Positions 8,873-18,171 of a stretch of 64,000 bases of DNA are shown here, in pieces. Within the stretch, counting starts at the first letter, position 1. Each line of letters opens with the position of its first letter. A program made the translations under genes and the position numbers. The DNA lies in the NCBI GenBank assembly GCA_035691285.1, contig DASSJI010000156.1:17858-81857 (forward strand). The letters run 5' to 3'. Under the pieces are notes generated by a model. It was not told the origin of the DNA. It ran no database searches and saw only the letters and a list, made by a program, of their open reading frames with translations. The DNA comes from Vicinamibacteria bacterium (GTDB lineage Bacteria > Acidobacteriota > Vicinamibacteria > Fen-336).

Positions 8873-10137
8873 GGCACGGCCCGCGGCACTCGCGGCGCCA
8901 TCGTCACCCCCACAGGCACGATCGATCCCAAGGGCCCGGAATTCCGAACCAGGGCCCGCGAGGGTCGCGGGATCCCCGCCAAGCCCCCATCCCGACCACG
9001 GGCGACACGACGCCCGTGAGCGGCGTGGCCGAGTTGACGGAAGGGCTGGGCGGGTTCCTGAGGCAGGTCGAGAACAACTATCTCCCGCATCGCGACGACG
9101 CCGTGATCCCGGCGGTCGTCGCGCGGGACCTCGGGCTTCGCGACGGAGTGGAGCTCGAAGGCCTGGCCCGTGACGGTGGCGGTGGACGCCGCGTTGTCGT
9201 CGAAGTCCAGAAGGTGATGGGGCTCGCGCCCGAGGAGGCGCGCAGGCTCCCGCACTTCGCGGACCTCGTCTCCATCAACCCGAACGAGGCCTTTCGGCTC
9301 GCGGCCGACCAGCCCGAGACCAGCCTCCGCGTGATCGACCTGATCGCGCCGATCGGCCGCGGCCAGCGCGGGCTCATCGTCTCGCCGCCCAAGGCGGGCA
9401 AGACGACGCTCCTCGAGCACCTCGGCGTGGCGATCACCAAGCACCATCCCGAGGTGCACCTCATCATGCTGCTCATCGACGAGCGGCCCGAGGAGGTGAC
9501 CCACTTCCGGCGCGCCGTGAACGCCGAAGTGCTCGCTTCGACCTCGGACTCGGCGGCCGACGCCCACATCCGCCTGGCGCGCCTCGCCATCGAGCGCGCC
9601 AAGCGTCTGGTGGAGACGGGCCGCCACGTGGTGATCCTGCTGGACTCGCTGACGCGCCTCGGCCGCGCCTCGAACCGCGAGATGGGCCCCGGCGGCCGCA
9701 CCATGTCCGGCGGCGTCGACAACCGCGCGCTGCAGTTCCCGCGGCAGTTCTTCGGGGCCGCGCGCAACTGCGAGGGCAGCGGCAGCCTGACGATCCTCGC
9801 CACGGCCTTGATCGAGACCGGATCGCGGATGGACGAGGTGATCTTCCAGGAGTTCAAGGGCACCGGGAACATGGAGCTGATCCTCGACCGGGCCATCGCC
9901 GACCGCAGGGTGTTCCCCGCCGTGGACGTGCTCAAGTCGGGCACGCGCCGCGAGGAGCTGCTGTGCAGCCCCGAGGAGCTCGCGAAGCGCCACCTGCTGC
10001 GCCGGGCCCTGGCCGACCTGTCCACGGTCGAGGCGGCGCAGTTCCTGATCGACAAGATCCAGAAGACGCCGTCGAACCCGGCGTTCCTGCAGACCCTCGT
10101 CGCTCCCGCGCCGGTCGCCGCGCGCCGCTTCCGCTGA
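8869..10137 (+). CDS. rho: transcription termination factor Rho
   Basis: OB-fold RNP motif GLGGFLRQ, PIGRGQRGLIVSPPKAGKTTLL (Walker A), LLIDERPEEVT, and the Q/R-loop region. The N-terminal 50 aa are His/Arg/Pro-rich (RHGPRHSRRHRHPHRHDRSQ). Confidence 0.9.
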   Translation: MRHGPRHSRRHRHPHRHDRSQGPGIPNQGPRGSRDPRQAPIPTTGDTTPVSGVAELTEGLGGFLRQVENNYLPHRDDAVIPAVVARDLGLRDGVELEGLARDGGGGRRVVVEVQKVMGLAPEEARRLPHFADLVSINPNEAFRLAADQPETSLRVIDLIAPIGRGQRGLIVSPPKAGKTTLLEHLGVAITKHHPEVHLIMLLIDERPEEVTHFRRAVNAEVLASTSDSAADAHIRLARLAIERAKRLVETGRHVVILLDSLTRLGRASNREMGPGGRTMSGGVDNRALQFPRQFFGAARNCEGSGSLTILATALIETGSRMDEVIFQEFKGTGNMELILDRAIADRRVFPAVDVLKSGTRREELLCSPEELAKRHLLRRALADLSTVEAAQFLIDKIQKTPSNPAFLQTLVAPAPVAARRFR

Positions 10138-10138
10138 G

Positions 10139-10165
10139 CGGCGGGCGCTCGCGCCGCGCCCGCCG
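10139..10165 (+). terminator. GC-rich hairpin immediately after the rho stop (10-bp stem, 7-nt loop, no U-tract)
   Basis: gcggcgggcgc-tcgcgcc-gcgcccgccgg. Intrinsic-terminator-like stem without a T-run, as is common in high-GC genomes. Confidence 0.25.
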
Positions 10166-10219
10166 GTTGACGGCCATCGGCCTGCCGGTGACAATCCCCG
10201 CCATCGAGGTCCTCCCCCG

Positions 10220-10951
10220 ATGAACCAGGAGCATCACCGCTGGTATTCGCCGCGGCTGGGCCGCGACATGGGCATCAACGTGTACGGCCACTACGGCTCG
10301 CCGATCCTCGTGTTCCCGACGAGCGGCGGCGACGAGCACGAGTACGCGGGCCAGGGCATGATGGACGCCCTCGCCCACCACATCGACGCCGGGCGCGTGA
10401 AGTTCTTCTGCGTCGACTCGATGAACAACGAGAGCTGGTACAACAAGCGGGCGCACCCGCGCCACCGCAGCTACGTGCAGGCGATGTACGACGCCTACAT
10501 CGCCTTCGAGGTCGCGCCCTTCGTCCACGACCATTGCCGCACGGCGGGCATCGGGATCACGACGACGGGGGCGTCCTTCGGCGCCTACCACGCGGCCAAC
10601 ACGCTCTTCAAGCACCCTGACCTGTTCCGCCGCTGCCTCGCCCTGTCCGGGGTCTACGACGTGCGGCGCTTCATGGACGGGGACTTCGACGACAACTTCT
10701 ACTTCAACAACCCGGTGGACTACCTGGCCGGCCTCAACGACTCGTGGTACCTGCACCACCTGAGCCAGGACGACATCCGGCTGGCCACGGGCCACGGTGC
10801 GTGGGAGGATTCCGGGCCGACCTACCAGCTCTCGGAGGTGCTGTCGCGGCGCGGCATCAACCACACGGTGGACAACTGGGGCGCCGACGGCGGCCACGAC
10901 TGGCCTTACTGGAAGAGGCAGATGGACGTCTATCTCGGGCGGCTCTTCTAG
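10220..10951 (+). CDS. esterase-family protein (putative esterase / enterochelin esterase-like fold)
   Basis: GASFGAYHA serine motif (GxSxG), FCVDSMNNESWYN, and overall PF00756-like pattern. Confidence 0.7.
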   Translation: MNQEHHRWYSPRLGRDMGINVYGHYGSPILVFPTSGGDEHEYAGQGMMDALAHHIDAGRVKFFCVDSMNNESWYNKRAHPRHRSYVQAMYDAYIAFEVAPFVHDHCRTAGIGITTTGASFGAYHAANTLFKHPDLFRRCLALSGVYDVRRFMDGDFDDNFYFNNPVDYLAGLNDSWYLHHLSQDDIRLATGHGAWEDSGPTYQLSEVLSRRGINHTVDNWGADGGHDWPYWKRQMDVYLGRLF

Positions 10952-10959
10952 GCGGGGGG

Positions 10960-11565
10960 ATGCCCGTCGACAACCGACGCAGGCACGATCGGCTGGGCAT
11001 CTCGCTGCCCGTGCGGGTGAACGGGCACGATCCCAGCAACCTGCCCTGGCAGGAGATGGCCAAGTGCTCGGACGCCTCGGAGGGCGGCTGCTCGTTCGTG
11101 CTGCAGCACGCGGTGTTCCCCGGACAGGTCCTCATGCTCCAGCTCGCGCTCCCGAAGCGCTTCCGCGCCTACGACGCGATGAAGACGACCTACCAGACCT
11201 ACGCCCTCGTGCAGACCGCTCACCTCGGCGTCGGCGGGACCCGCGTGGGCGTCGCCTTCCTGGGCCGTACGCCGCCGGTGGGCTACGACCGCCTCCCGGG
11301 CGGCCGCTTCATGCCCGAGCGGCGCCGGGCGCGACGCGGAGAGATCTACCTCAAGGTCAAGCTCAGCAAGGACGGCTCCGACGAGAAGACGGTGCTCGAG
11401 AACTTCGGCCGGGGCGGGGCTCGCGTGATGACCGCGCAGCCCTTCGGCGAGGGGGAGGTCCTGACGATCGAGGACTCGGAGGGCTCGTTCCGAGCGATCG
11501 CGGAAGTCCGCTCGATCTACGTCGGCAAGGACGGCATCCGCCGCCTGAACCTGAAGTTCCGCTAG
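10960..11565 (+). CDS. tandem PilZ-domain protein (c-di-GMP receptor-like)
   Basis: Internal ATG of ORF 10744..11565 after a G-rich SD. First PilZ motif pair RRRHDRLG ... DASEGGCSF (RxxxR ... DxSxGG); second copy RRARRGE ... ENFGRGGARV. Confidence 0.7.
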   Translation: MPVDNRRRHDRLGISLPVRVNGHDPSNLPWQEMAKCSDASEGGCSFVLQHAVFPGQVLMLQLALPKRFRAYDAMKTTYQTYALVQTAHLGVGGTRVGVAFLGRTPPVGYDRLPGGRFMPERRRARRGEIYLKVKLSKDGSDEKTVLENFGRGGARVMTAQPFGEGEVLTIEDSEGSFRAIAEVRSIYVGKDGIRRLNLKFR

Positions 11566-11587
11566 CAGGGATGCGGGCGACCGTGCC

Positions 11588-12115
11588 CTACCTCCGCTGG
11601 AGCCCGATCCGCGCGAACTCGCGATAGGCGCCGTCCTTCCCCCGCACTTCGTCGACCACGTCGAGATGCACCGCGTCGACGCGACGGTACGTCGTGCGTC
11701 CCTTCGTCTCGCCGGCGGGGCCCCACTCGACCACGAGCGCGCCTTCCTCGGCGCGAGTCTGGATCGAATACACGTTGCCCTGGGAATCGAACCACGTCCC
11801 CGTCAAGCGTCCGTTGGCGACCGCGTAGTATGCGTCGCCGGCGAAGCGCAGGACCGGCTCCTCGCCCACGCGCTCGACGCGATACTCGAGCCGGGTGAAG
11901 CGGCCCTCCAGGACCGGCGTGATCGCGAGCTTGGCTCGGCCCTTGCCGCCGATCCAGTTGCCTTCGCCCTCCCAGAGTCCCTGGAGGCGCTCGAGGATCA
12001 AGGCATCGGGCGGCGAGGGCGCCGGCTCGGCCGCTGGGGCTTGCGGGGAGCCGGCGGAACTCGAGCCGAGAAGCAGCGCGGCCGCGAGCAGGACCGACAT
12101 GCGTGGCCTTGGCAT
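11588..12115 (-). CDS. hypothetical secreted protein (175 aa)
   Basis: Internal ATG of ORF 11588..12460; the upstream part is Arg-rich shadow. Signal peptide MPRPRMSVLLAAALLLGSSSAGS. An alternative start lies at 12100. Confidence 0.45.
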   Translation of the reverse strand: MPRPRMSVLLAAALLLGSSSAGSPQAPAAEPAPSPPDALILERLQGLWEGEGNWIGGKGRAKLAITPVLEGRFTRLEYRVERVGEEPVLRFAGDAYYAVANGRLTGTWFDSQGNVYSIQTRAEEGALVVEWGPAGETKGRTTYRRVDAVHLDVVDEVRGKDGAYREFARIGLQRR

Positions 12116-12175
12116 GGCGGAGTCTAACGCGCCGTTCGCCGTCCCCGTGCGAGGAACCCCGCCTGCGCCCCGTCG

Positions 12176-12181
12176 TATAAT
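12176..12181 (+). promoter_or_regulatory. TATAAT -10-like box upstream of the adaptor/ABC exporter operon
   Basis: cgtcgTATAATcccg lies 64 nt upstream of GTG 12246. A GGAGG SD lies 9 nt upstream of that GTG. Confidence 0.25.
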
Positions 12182-12245
12182 CCCGTGACGGCGGCGGTGT
12201 CGCCGCGCCAATCCCGCGAACGCGGTTCCCCGGAGGCTCCCACCC

Positions 12246-13448
12246 GTGTCCGACCTGAAGGGCGAGCTGGCCTCGCTCAAGATCGATCGCACGCCGCCGC
12301 CCCGGAATCCCTGGCGACGCTCGCTGCTGCTGCTCCTGCCGGCGGCGCTCGGACTGCTGGTCCTGTACGGCCTCCGGGCCAGGCAGACACTCGCCGCGCC
12401 GGAAGTCTCCACCGTCGAGGCGCGGGTCGAGGCGGGCGAGGCCGCCGGCGCGCCCGGCACGCCGCTCCTGACCGCCTCCGGCTACGTCGTGGCGCGGCGC
12501 AAGGCGGTGGTCTCGGCGAAGATCCAGGGACGGCTGGCGCAGCTCCGCGTGGAGGAGGGCAGCCGCGTCCGCGAGGGCGACGTCATCGCGCGCCTCGAGG
12601 ATGCCGACTTCGTCGCCTCGGTGGAGAGGGCGCGCGCCGCGGCGCAGCGTGCCGAGGCCGACCTGGGCGAGAACCGACGCCAGCTCGCGCTCGCCGAGAA
12701 GCTGGCACAGCAGGACGTGCTCGCCCTGGATCAGCGCGACGCGGCGCAGAGCCGGGTCAGGATCGCCGAGGCCGCACTCGCCCAGGCGCGGGCCGATCTG
12801 GTCTTCGCGGAGGCCCAGCTCCAGAACACCGTGATCCGGGCGCCCTTCACCGGCGTGGTCGTGAAGAAGATGGCCGAGGTGGGCGAGAGCGTGGCGCCGA
12901 TCCCGCCGGGCGTGAACATCTCGACGGCCTCGGGCGCGATCGTCGCGCTCGCCGACCTGGCCACCCTCGAGGTCGAGGCCGACGTGGCCGAGGCGAACGT
13001 CGCGAAGCTCTCTGACGCGCAGCCGGCCGAGGCGACCGTGGAGGCGTTCCCGGACCAGCGCTACAAGGCGGTGCTGCGCCAGGTGATCCCGACCGCGGAT
13101 CGCACCAAGGCGACCGTCCAGGTCAAGGTCACGATCCTCGACAAGGACAAGAATCTCAAGCCGGAGATGAGCGCCAAGGTGACGTTCCTCGAGAAGGAGG
13201 CGCCGCGAGACGAGGGAGCGCCCCCGCCCCGCGTGGTCACGGCGCCCGCCGACGCCGTGGCGAGCCGCGACGGCAGGTCGGTGGTGTTCGAGGTGGTCGA
13301 GGGCCGTGCGCGGCGGCGCGCCGTCAGCGTGGGCGGGGAGCGGCAGGGCCGGGTCGTGATCCGGGAGGGCCTCGCGGGGGGAGAGCTGCTCGTGGCGCGG
13401 CCGCCCGAAGGCCTGAAGGACGGCGACGCCGTCCGCGTCAAGGGGTAA
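12246..13448 (+). CDS. HlyD-family periplasmic adaptor (membrane fusion protein, MacA-like)
   Basis: N-terminal TM helix, coiled-coil hairpin, and beta-barrel domains ([21 protein letters not shown]). Confidence 0.8.
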   Translation: MSDLKGELASLKIDRTPPPRNPWRRSLLLLLPAALGLLVLYGLRARQTLAAPEVSTVEARVEAGEAAGAPGTPLLTASGYVVARRKAVVSAKIQGRLAQLRVEEGSRVREGDVIARLEDADFVASVERARAAAQRAEADLGENRRQLALAEKLAQQDVLALDQRDAAQSRVRIAEAALAQARADLVFAEAQLQNTVIRAPFTGVVVKKMAEVGESVAPIPPGVNISTASGAIVALADLATLEVEADVAEANVAKLSDAQPAEATVEAFPDQRYKAVLRQVIPTADRTKATVQVKVTILDKDKNLKPEMSAKVTFLEKEAPRDEGAPPPRVVTAPADAVASRDGRSVVFEVVEGRARRRAVSVGGERQGRVVIREGLAGGELLVARPPEGLKDGDAVRVKG

Positions 13449-13453
13449 ACCGC

Positions 13454-14149
13454 ATGGCGATGGTCGAGGTCCGTGGCGTCCGCAAGGTCTACAGGCGCGA
13501 TACGCAGGAGATCACCGTGCTCGACGGGATCGAGCTTCAGGTTCCCGAGGGGGAGTTCGTGGCCCTCATGGGGCCGTCGGGCTCGGGCAAGACGACGCTC
13601 CTGAACCTGATCGCGGGCATCGACCGGCCCAGCTCGGGACAGGTGGTGGTCGCCGGCACCGACGTGGGGGCGCTCTCCGAGAGCGCGCTGGCGGCATGGC
13701 GCAGCCACAACGTGGGCTTCATCTTCCAGTTCTACAACCTGATCCCCGTGCTCTCGGCCGTGGAGAACGTGGAGCTGCCGCTCCTGCTCACGAGCCTCGG
13801 CAAGCGCGAGCGCCGCGAGCGTGCGCTGACCGCCCTCAAGGTCGTCGGCCTCGCCGACCGCGCGCACCACTACCCGCGACAGCTCTCGGGCGGCCAGGAG
13901 CAGCGCGTCGCGATCGCGCGCGCCTTCGTGACCGACCCCAAGGTGCTGGTCGCGGACGAGCCCACCGGCGACCTCGACGCGAAGAGCGCCCACGAGATCC
14001 TCGAGCTCATGGAGACCCTGAACCGCGAGTTCAAGAAGACCATCGTGATGGTGACCCACGACCCGCGGGCGGCCGACCGCGCCCACAAGCAGCACCATCT
14101 CGAGAAGGGCGTTCTGGTGGACGGAGCGGTGAAGACCGGAGCCTACTAG
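13454..14149 (+). CDS. ABC transporter ATP-binding protein (MacB/LolD-type)
   Basis: [37 protein letters not shown]. Confidence 0.9.
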   Translation: MAMVEVRGVRKVYRRDTQEITVLDGIELQVPEGEFVALMGPSGSGKTTLLNLIAGIDRPSSGQVVVAGTDVGALSESALAAWRSHNVGFIFQFYNLIPVLSAVENVELPLLLTSLGKRERRERALTALKVVGLADRAHHYPRQLSGGQEQRVAIARAFVTDPKVLVADEPTGDLDAKSAHEILELMETLNREFKKTIVMVTHDPRAADRAHKQHHLEKGVLVDGAVKTGAY

Positions 14150-14158
14150 GACCGGGGC

Positions 14159-15388
14159 ATGAAGTACCTTCCCTTCATCTTCAAGCATCTGCGGCGCAAC
14201 TGGATCCGGACGACCAGCACTGTCGTGGCCATGGGCGTGTGCATCTTCCTCTTCTGCACCCTGCAGTCGGTGCTGGCCGCCGTCAACACGCTCCTCGAGG
14301 CCTCGAGCGCGAACCGGCTGGTCACACGCCACGCCGTCAGCCTCGTCTTCAGCCTGCCGCTGTCCTACGGAAGCCGCATCCAGTCCGTGCCGGGCGTCAA
14401 GCGCGTGGCCATCACCTCCTGGTTCGGCGGTTCGCTGCCGGCCAAGAAGGAGGGCAAGGGTGACGCGGCCCCGGAGGCCACGACCGACTGGAGCAACTTC
14501 TTCCCGAACATGGCGGTGGAGGCGGAGCCGTACCTGGCCATGTACCCGGAGTACGAACTCCCTCCCGAGCAGTACCAGTCGTTCCTCCAGGACATGCGGG
14601 GCTGCTTGATCGGGCGCAAGCTGGCGAACAAGTTCGGCTGGGAGCTCGGCGACCGGTTCTTCCTGGAGAGCTTCATCCCGCCGTACCGCAAGCCCGACGG
14701 CCCGTTCGAGTTCGTCGTGAGGGGGATCTTCGACACCGATCCGGCGAAGTATCCGGGCACCGACACCGGGATCATGTACTTCCACCACAAGTACCTCTAC
14801 GAGGCGACTGGAAGGAACGTCGGCGCCGGGACCTACGCGATCGAGATCGACGACCCCGACCGGGCCGGCGAGGTGAGCAAGGCCATCGACGCGCTCTTCG
14901 AGAACAGCGACGCCCAGACCCGCACCGAGACCGAGAAGGCCTTCGCGGCCGGCTTCATCTCCATGGCCGGAAACCTCGCGCTGCTGCTCAACGGCATCGG
15001 CCTGGCGGTGACCTTCACGATCCTGTTCGTCACGGCCAACACGATGAGCATGGCCGTCCGCGAGCGGCGCACGGAGATCGCGGTTCTGAAGACCCTCGGC
15101 TTCTCCAGCGGCCGGGTGATGGGGCTCGTGGTCGCCGAGGCGCTCCTGCTCGGTGTCCTGGGCGGGGCCCTCGGCATCGGCGGCAGCCAGGGAATCATGT
15201 GGTTGCTGACGTCCACGCCCGGGATCAGGGACGTGCTCGCGGGCATCGGGCTGACCGAGCTGCACCTGCAGCCGGTCGTCGCCGCCCTGGGGTTCGCGGT
15301 CGCGCTGTTCCTGGGCTTCGTGGCCGGCTTCCTGCCGGCCCTGGGCGCGTACCGGGCCCGCATCACCGACATGCTGAGGACGGTGTAG
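14159..15388 (+). CDS. ABC transporter permease, FtsX/MacB family (subunit 1)
   Basis: TM1, a roughly 230-aa periplasmic domain, then 3 TM helices. C-terminal FtsX motif region. Confidence 0.85.
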   Translation: MKYLPFIFKHLRRNWIRTTSTVVAMGVCIFLFCTLQSVLAAVNTLLEASSANRLVTRHAVSLVFSLPLSYGSRIQSVPGVKRVAITSWFGGSLPAKKEGKGDAAPEATTDWSNFFPNMAVEAEPYLAMYPEYELPPEQYQSFLQDMRGCLIGRKLANKFGWELGDRFFLESFIPPYRKPDGPFEFVVRGIFDTDPAKYPGTDTGIMYFHHKYLYEATGRNVGAGTYAIEIDDPDRAGEVSKAIDALFENSDAQTRTETEKAFAAGFISMAGNLALLLNGIGLAVTFTILFVTANTMSMAVRERRTEIAVLKTLGFSSGRVMGLVVAEALLLGVLGGALGIGGSQGIMWLLTSTPGIRDVLAGIGLTELHLQPVVAALGFAVALFLGFVAGFLPALGAYRARITDMLRTV

Positions 15389-15389
15389 G

Positions 15390-16559
15390 GTGGCGCTCCC
15401 GCTCGCGTACAACGTCCGCAACGTCCGCGTGCGCTGGCAGGTGACGCTGCTGGCGACCTTCGGCATCGCCCTCGTCGTGGCGGCCTTCGCCGTGCTGATG
15501 GCCATGTCCGAGGGCTTCCGCGCGGCGCTCCGGTCGACGGGCCGCGCCGACAACGCGATCGTCGTCCAGCGCGGCTCGGCCTCCGAGCTGACCTCCGGCG
15601 TTCCCCTCGACCAGCGCAACATGATCATCGTGGACGAGCGCGTCGCCCGCGACGCGGACGGGCGGCCCCTCGCCTCCTGGGAGTGGGTCGTCGTGATCAG
15701 CCTTCCGAAGATCACCGACGGGCAGCAGACGAACGTCACGATGCGGGCCGTGACGACGCGCGCCTTCGAGGTGCGCGGCGGCATCAGGGTCGCCGAGGGC
15801 CGCAACTTCACCCCCGGCCTCGACGAGGTGATCGTGGGCCGCAAGCTGACCGAGCGCATTCAGGGCATGCGCCTCGGCGGCACCGTGAAGTACCAGCAGA
15901 AACGCTTCCAGATCGTCGGCATCTTCGACTCGCAGGGCGGCGCCTTCGAGAGCGAGGTCTGGGGCGACTACGACACGCTGGGCGCCCTGTTCCAGCGCGG
16001 GGCCGGATCGAACTCCCTCGTGGTGCGCATGAAGGACCCCGCCGAGATCCCGGCCCTCGACCGCTGGATCCGGGCCCAGCCGAGCTGGCAGCTGCAGGCC
16101 CTCGAGGAGCGCAAGTACTACGAGGAGCAGGCAGGCCCGCTCTCGAGCATCCTGCGCAGCCTCGCCACCTTCGTGGCGCTCATCATGGGCGTCGGCGCCG
16201 TCTTCGGCGCCATGAACACCATGTACGCCATCGTCGCGGCGCGCACGCGGGAGATCGGCACGCTCCGCGCCCTGGGCTTCTCGAGGCGCTCGATCCTGCT
16301 GTCCTTCGTGATCGAGTCGATGTTCCTCGCGGTCGTCGCGGGCGCGATCGGCTGCCTGCTCGCCGTGCCGATGCACGGCTTCTCCACCGGCACGGGCCAG
16401 ACCCAGAGCTTCAGCGAGATCGGCTTCGACTTCCGGATCACGCCGGCGATCGTCACCGCCGGCATGGCCTTCGCGGCGCTGATGGGACTGCTCGGCGGCC
16501 TGCTGCCCGCCCTGCGCGGAGCGCGGCTGCCGATCACGACGGCGCTGCGGGAGGCCTAG
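15390..16559 (+). CDS. ABC transporter permease, FtsX/MacB family (subunit 2)
   Basis: Same architecture as the preceding gene. GTG start 1 nt after its stop. Confidence 0.85.
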   Translation: MALPLAYNVRNVRVRWQVTLLATFGIALVVAAFAVLMAMSEGFRAALRSTGRADNAIVVQRGSASELTSGVPLDQRNMIIVDERVARDADGRPLASWEWVVVISLPKITDGQQTNVTMRAVTTRAFEVRGGIRVAEGRNFTPGLDEVIVGRKLTERIQGMRLGGTVKYQQKRFQIVGIFDSQGGAFESEVWGDYDTLGALFQRGAGSNSLVVRMKDPAEIPALDRWIRAQPSWQLQALEERKYYEEQAGPLSSILRSLATFVALIMGVGAVFGAMNTMYAIVAARTREIGTLRALGFSRRSILLSFVIESMFLAVVAGAIGCLLAVPMHGFSTGTGQTQSFSEIGFDFRITPAIVTAGMAFAALMGLLGGLLPALRGARLPITTALREA

Positions 16560-17410
16560 CGGGACGCTCTCACCGCGAGGGCGTCGCCCAGGAAGCGCAG
16601 CCCCGTCTCGGCGACGCTCAGCACGTACTCGTAGCCGTGGTCGCCCGGGGACAGGGCGAAGGCGTGCTTCACGCCTCGGGCCGCGAGCGCGTCGTGCAGC
16701 GCCTGGTTGCCCTTCGCGAGGCCGTATCGGTCCTGGGCGCCGCAGTCGAAGCGGAGGGCGGGGGTCCTCCGCGCATCGGCGTTCGCGGCGAGCCGCAGCG
16801 GGTCGTTCGCCGTCCAGAGCGCGGGATCGATCGGATCGCCGAACACCCGATAGAAGGCGTCCATCTGCCAGCGGCCTGCGCCGGCCTCTCGGGTGGGCAG
16901 CGCGTCGAGCAGCATTGCGCTGTGCGTGTTCACGGCGAAGTAGGCCTCGGGCTGCGAGAGGGCGATGCGCAGCGCCGCGTAGCCCCCCATCGAGACGCCC
17001 CACAGGCCACGTGCGTCGCGCCCCCGGTGGACGCGCAGGTTCGCCTCGATCCAGGCCGGCGCGTCCTTCGTGACGAGGTCCTCGTAGCGTCCGGCCGGGC
17101 CGTTCACGAAGAAGCTGTTGCCGCCGTCCACGGCGACGACCACGAACTGCGGCATCCTGCCCTCGGACCACAGGCGATCGAGGAGCATCGCGAGCCCTCG
17201 CCGCTCCCAGAAGCCGTGGCTCTCGAAGAGGCCGTGAAGGACGACGAAGTAGGGGAAGCGCCGGCCAGGAGAGCCCTCGTATGACGGCGGGAGCTGGATG
17301 GCAAGGCCGACGTCCCGGCCGAGGCTGGGCGACGGCATCGTGGCGGGGCGGACCTCGGCCGCAGCGCGCAGCGACGTCACGAGGAGGAACGTCAGGGCGA
17401 GCCGGCGCAT
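16556..17410 (-). CDS. esterase-family protein (secreted; GVSMGG serine motif)
   Basis: Internal ATG of ORF 16556..18031 at 17410; the upstream part is Arg/Pro-rich shadow. Signal peptide MRRLALTFLLVTSLRAAA. Confidence 0.7.
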   Translation of the reverse strand: MRRLALTFLLVTSLRAAAEVRPATMPSPSLGRDVGLAIQLPPSYEGSPGRRFPYFVVLHGLFESHGFWERRGLAMLLDRLWSEGRMPQFVVVAVDGGNSFFVNGPAGRYEDLVTKDAPAWIEANLRVHRGRDARGLWGVSMGGYAALRIALSQPEAYFAVNTHSAMLLDALPTREAGAGRWQMDAFYRVFGDPIDPALWTANDPLRLAANADARRTPALRFDCGAQDRYGLAKGNQALHDALAARGVKHAFALSPGDHGYEYVLSVAETGLRFLGDALAVRASR

Positions 17411-18099
17411 CAGGCCTTCCTTTCCAGATGGCGCTTCACGCGCGCGAGCACGCCGTCCAGCTTGCGCGGCGTCAGCTTGCCGGTGAAGGTGTTCTGCTGG
17501 GAGACGTGATAGCTCGCGAACAAGCGCAGCCCGCTCCCGAGGTCGTGCTCGATGCCGTGGCCGAAGGCGTAGGCGCGGCGTGGGATGCGCCCCTCGTCCT
17601 TGAGCATGGCCAGGAAGCCGTCCATCGCCAGCTTCCCCTGGGCCAGCACGGCTCGGACGTCCGGCAGCAGCGTCCACTCGCGCAGCAGGTATCTCCGGCA
17701 GCGCGCGACCTCCGCGCGAGCCGGCTTGTTGGCCGGTGGCGCGCAGCGGACGAGGGGAGCGATGTAGGCGTCGCGGAGCTCGAGGCCGTCGTCGCGGGCC
17801 ACCGAAGTCGGCTGGCTCGCGAAGCCGGCGCGGTGGAGCGCGGCGAAGAGGAAGTCGCCGGAGCGGTCGCCGGTGAAGACGCGGCCGGTGCGATTGCCTC
17901 CGTGGGCGGCGGGCGCGAGGCCGACGATGAGGAGCCGCGCCCGGGGATCGCCGAAACCCGGCACGGGCCGGCCCCAGTAGGGCTCGTCCCGAAACCGCCT
18001 CACCTTCTCGCGAGCGACGCGCCGGCACCACGCTCGCAGCCGCGGGCAGCGCTCACAGACGACTACGTCGCGGGTGACGCGAGCGAAACTGTCCGTCAT
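17410..18099 (-). CDS. uracil-DNA glycosylase, family 4 (Fe-S cluster type)
   Basis: CERCPRL...C, GLAPAAHGGNRTGRVFTGDRSGDFL, and C-terminal HVSQQN. Its stop overlaps the esterase start (TGATG, 1-nt overlap). Confidence 0.85.
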   Translation of the reverse strand: MTDSFARVTRDVVVCERCPRLRAWCRRVAREKVRRFRDEPYWGRPVPGFGDPRARLLIVGLAPAAHGGNRTGRVFTGDRSGDFLFAALHRAGFASQPTSVARDDGLELRDAYIAPLVRCAPPANKPARAEVARCRRYLLREWTLLPDVRAVLAQGKLAMDGFLAMLKDEGRIPRRAYAFGHGIEHDLGSGLRLFASYHVSQQNTFTGKLTPRKLDGVLARVKRHLERKA

Positions 18100-18171
18100 C
18101 ACCCGAGTATAGCGATCATGCGGTTTCCCCCCTTCGTCCCGCGGAAGTAGCATTGCGTCGGCGAGGAAGCC

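Noticed and set aside
8869-9017. Alternative: rho begins at GTG about 9018 and the 8869 ATG region is non-coding
   Set aside because: Not excluded, but the ORF-track start is retained. The uORF stop/ATG overlap and the promoter geometry fit a start at 8869. Flagged under the findings instead.
15363-17284. 602-aa (-) and 533-aa (+) ORFs overlapping the FtsX permease and esterase genes
   Set aside because: Arg-rich or low-complexity, and they conflict with motif-bearing frames.
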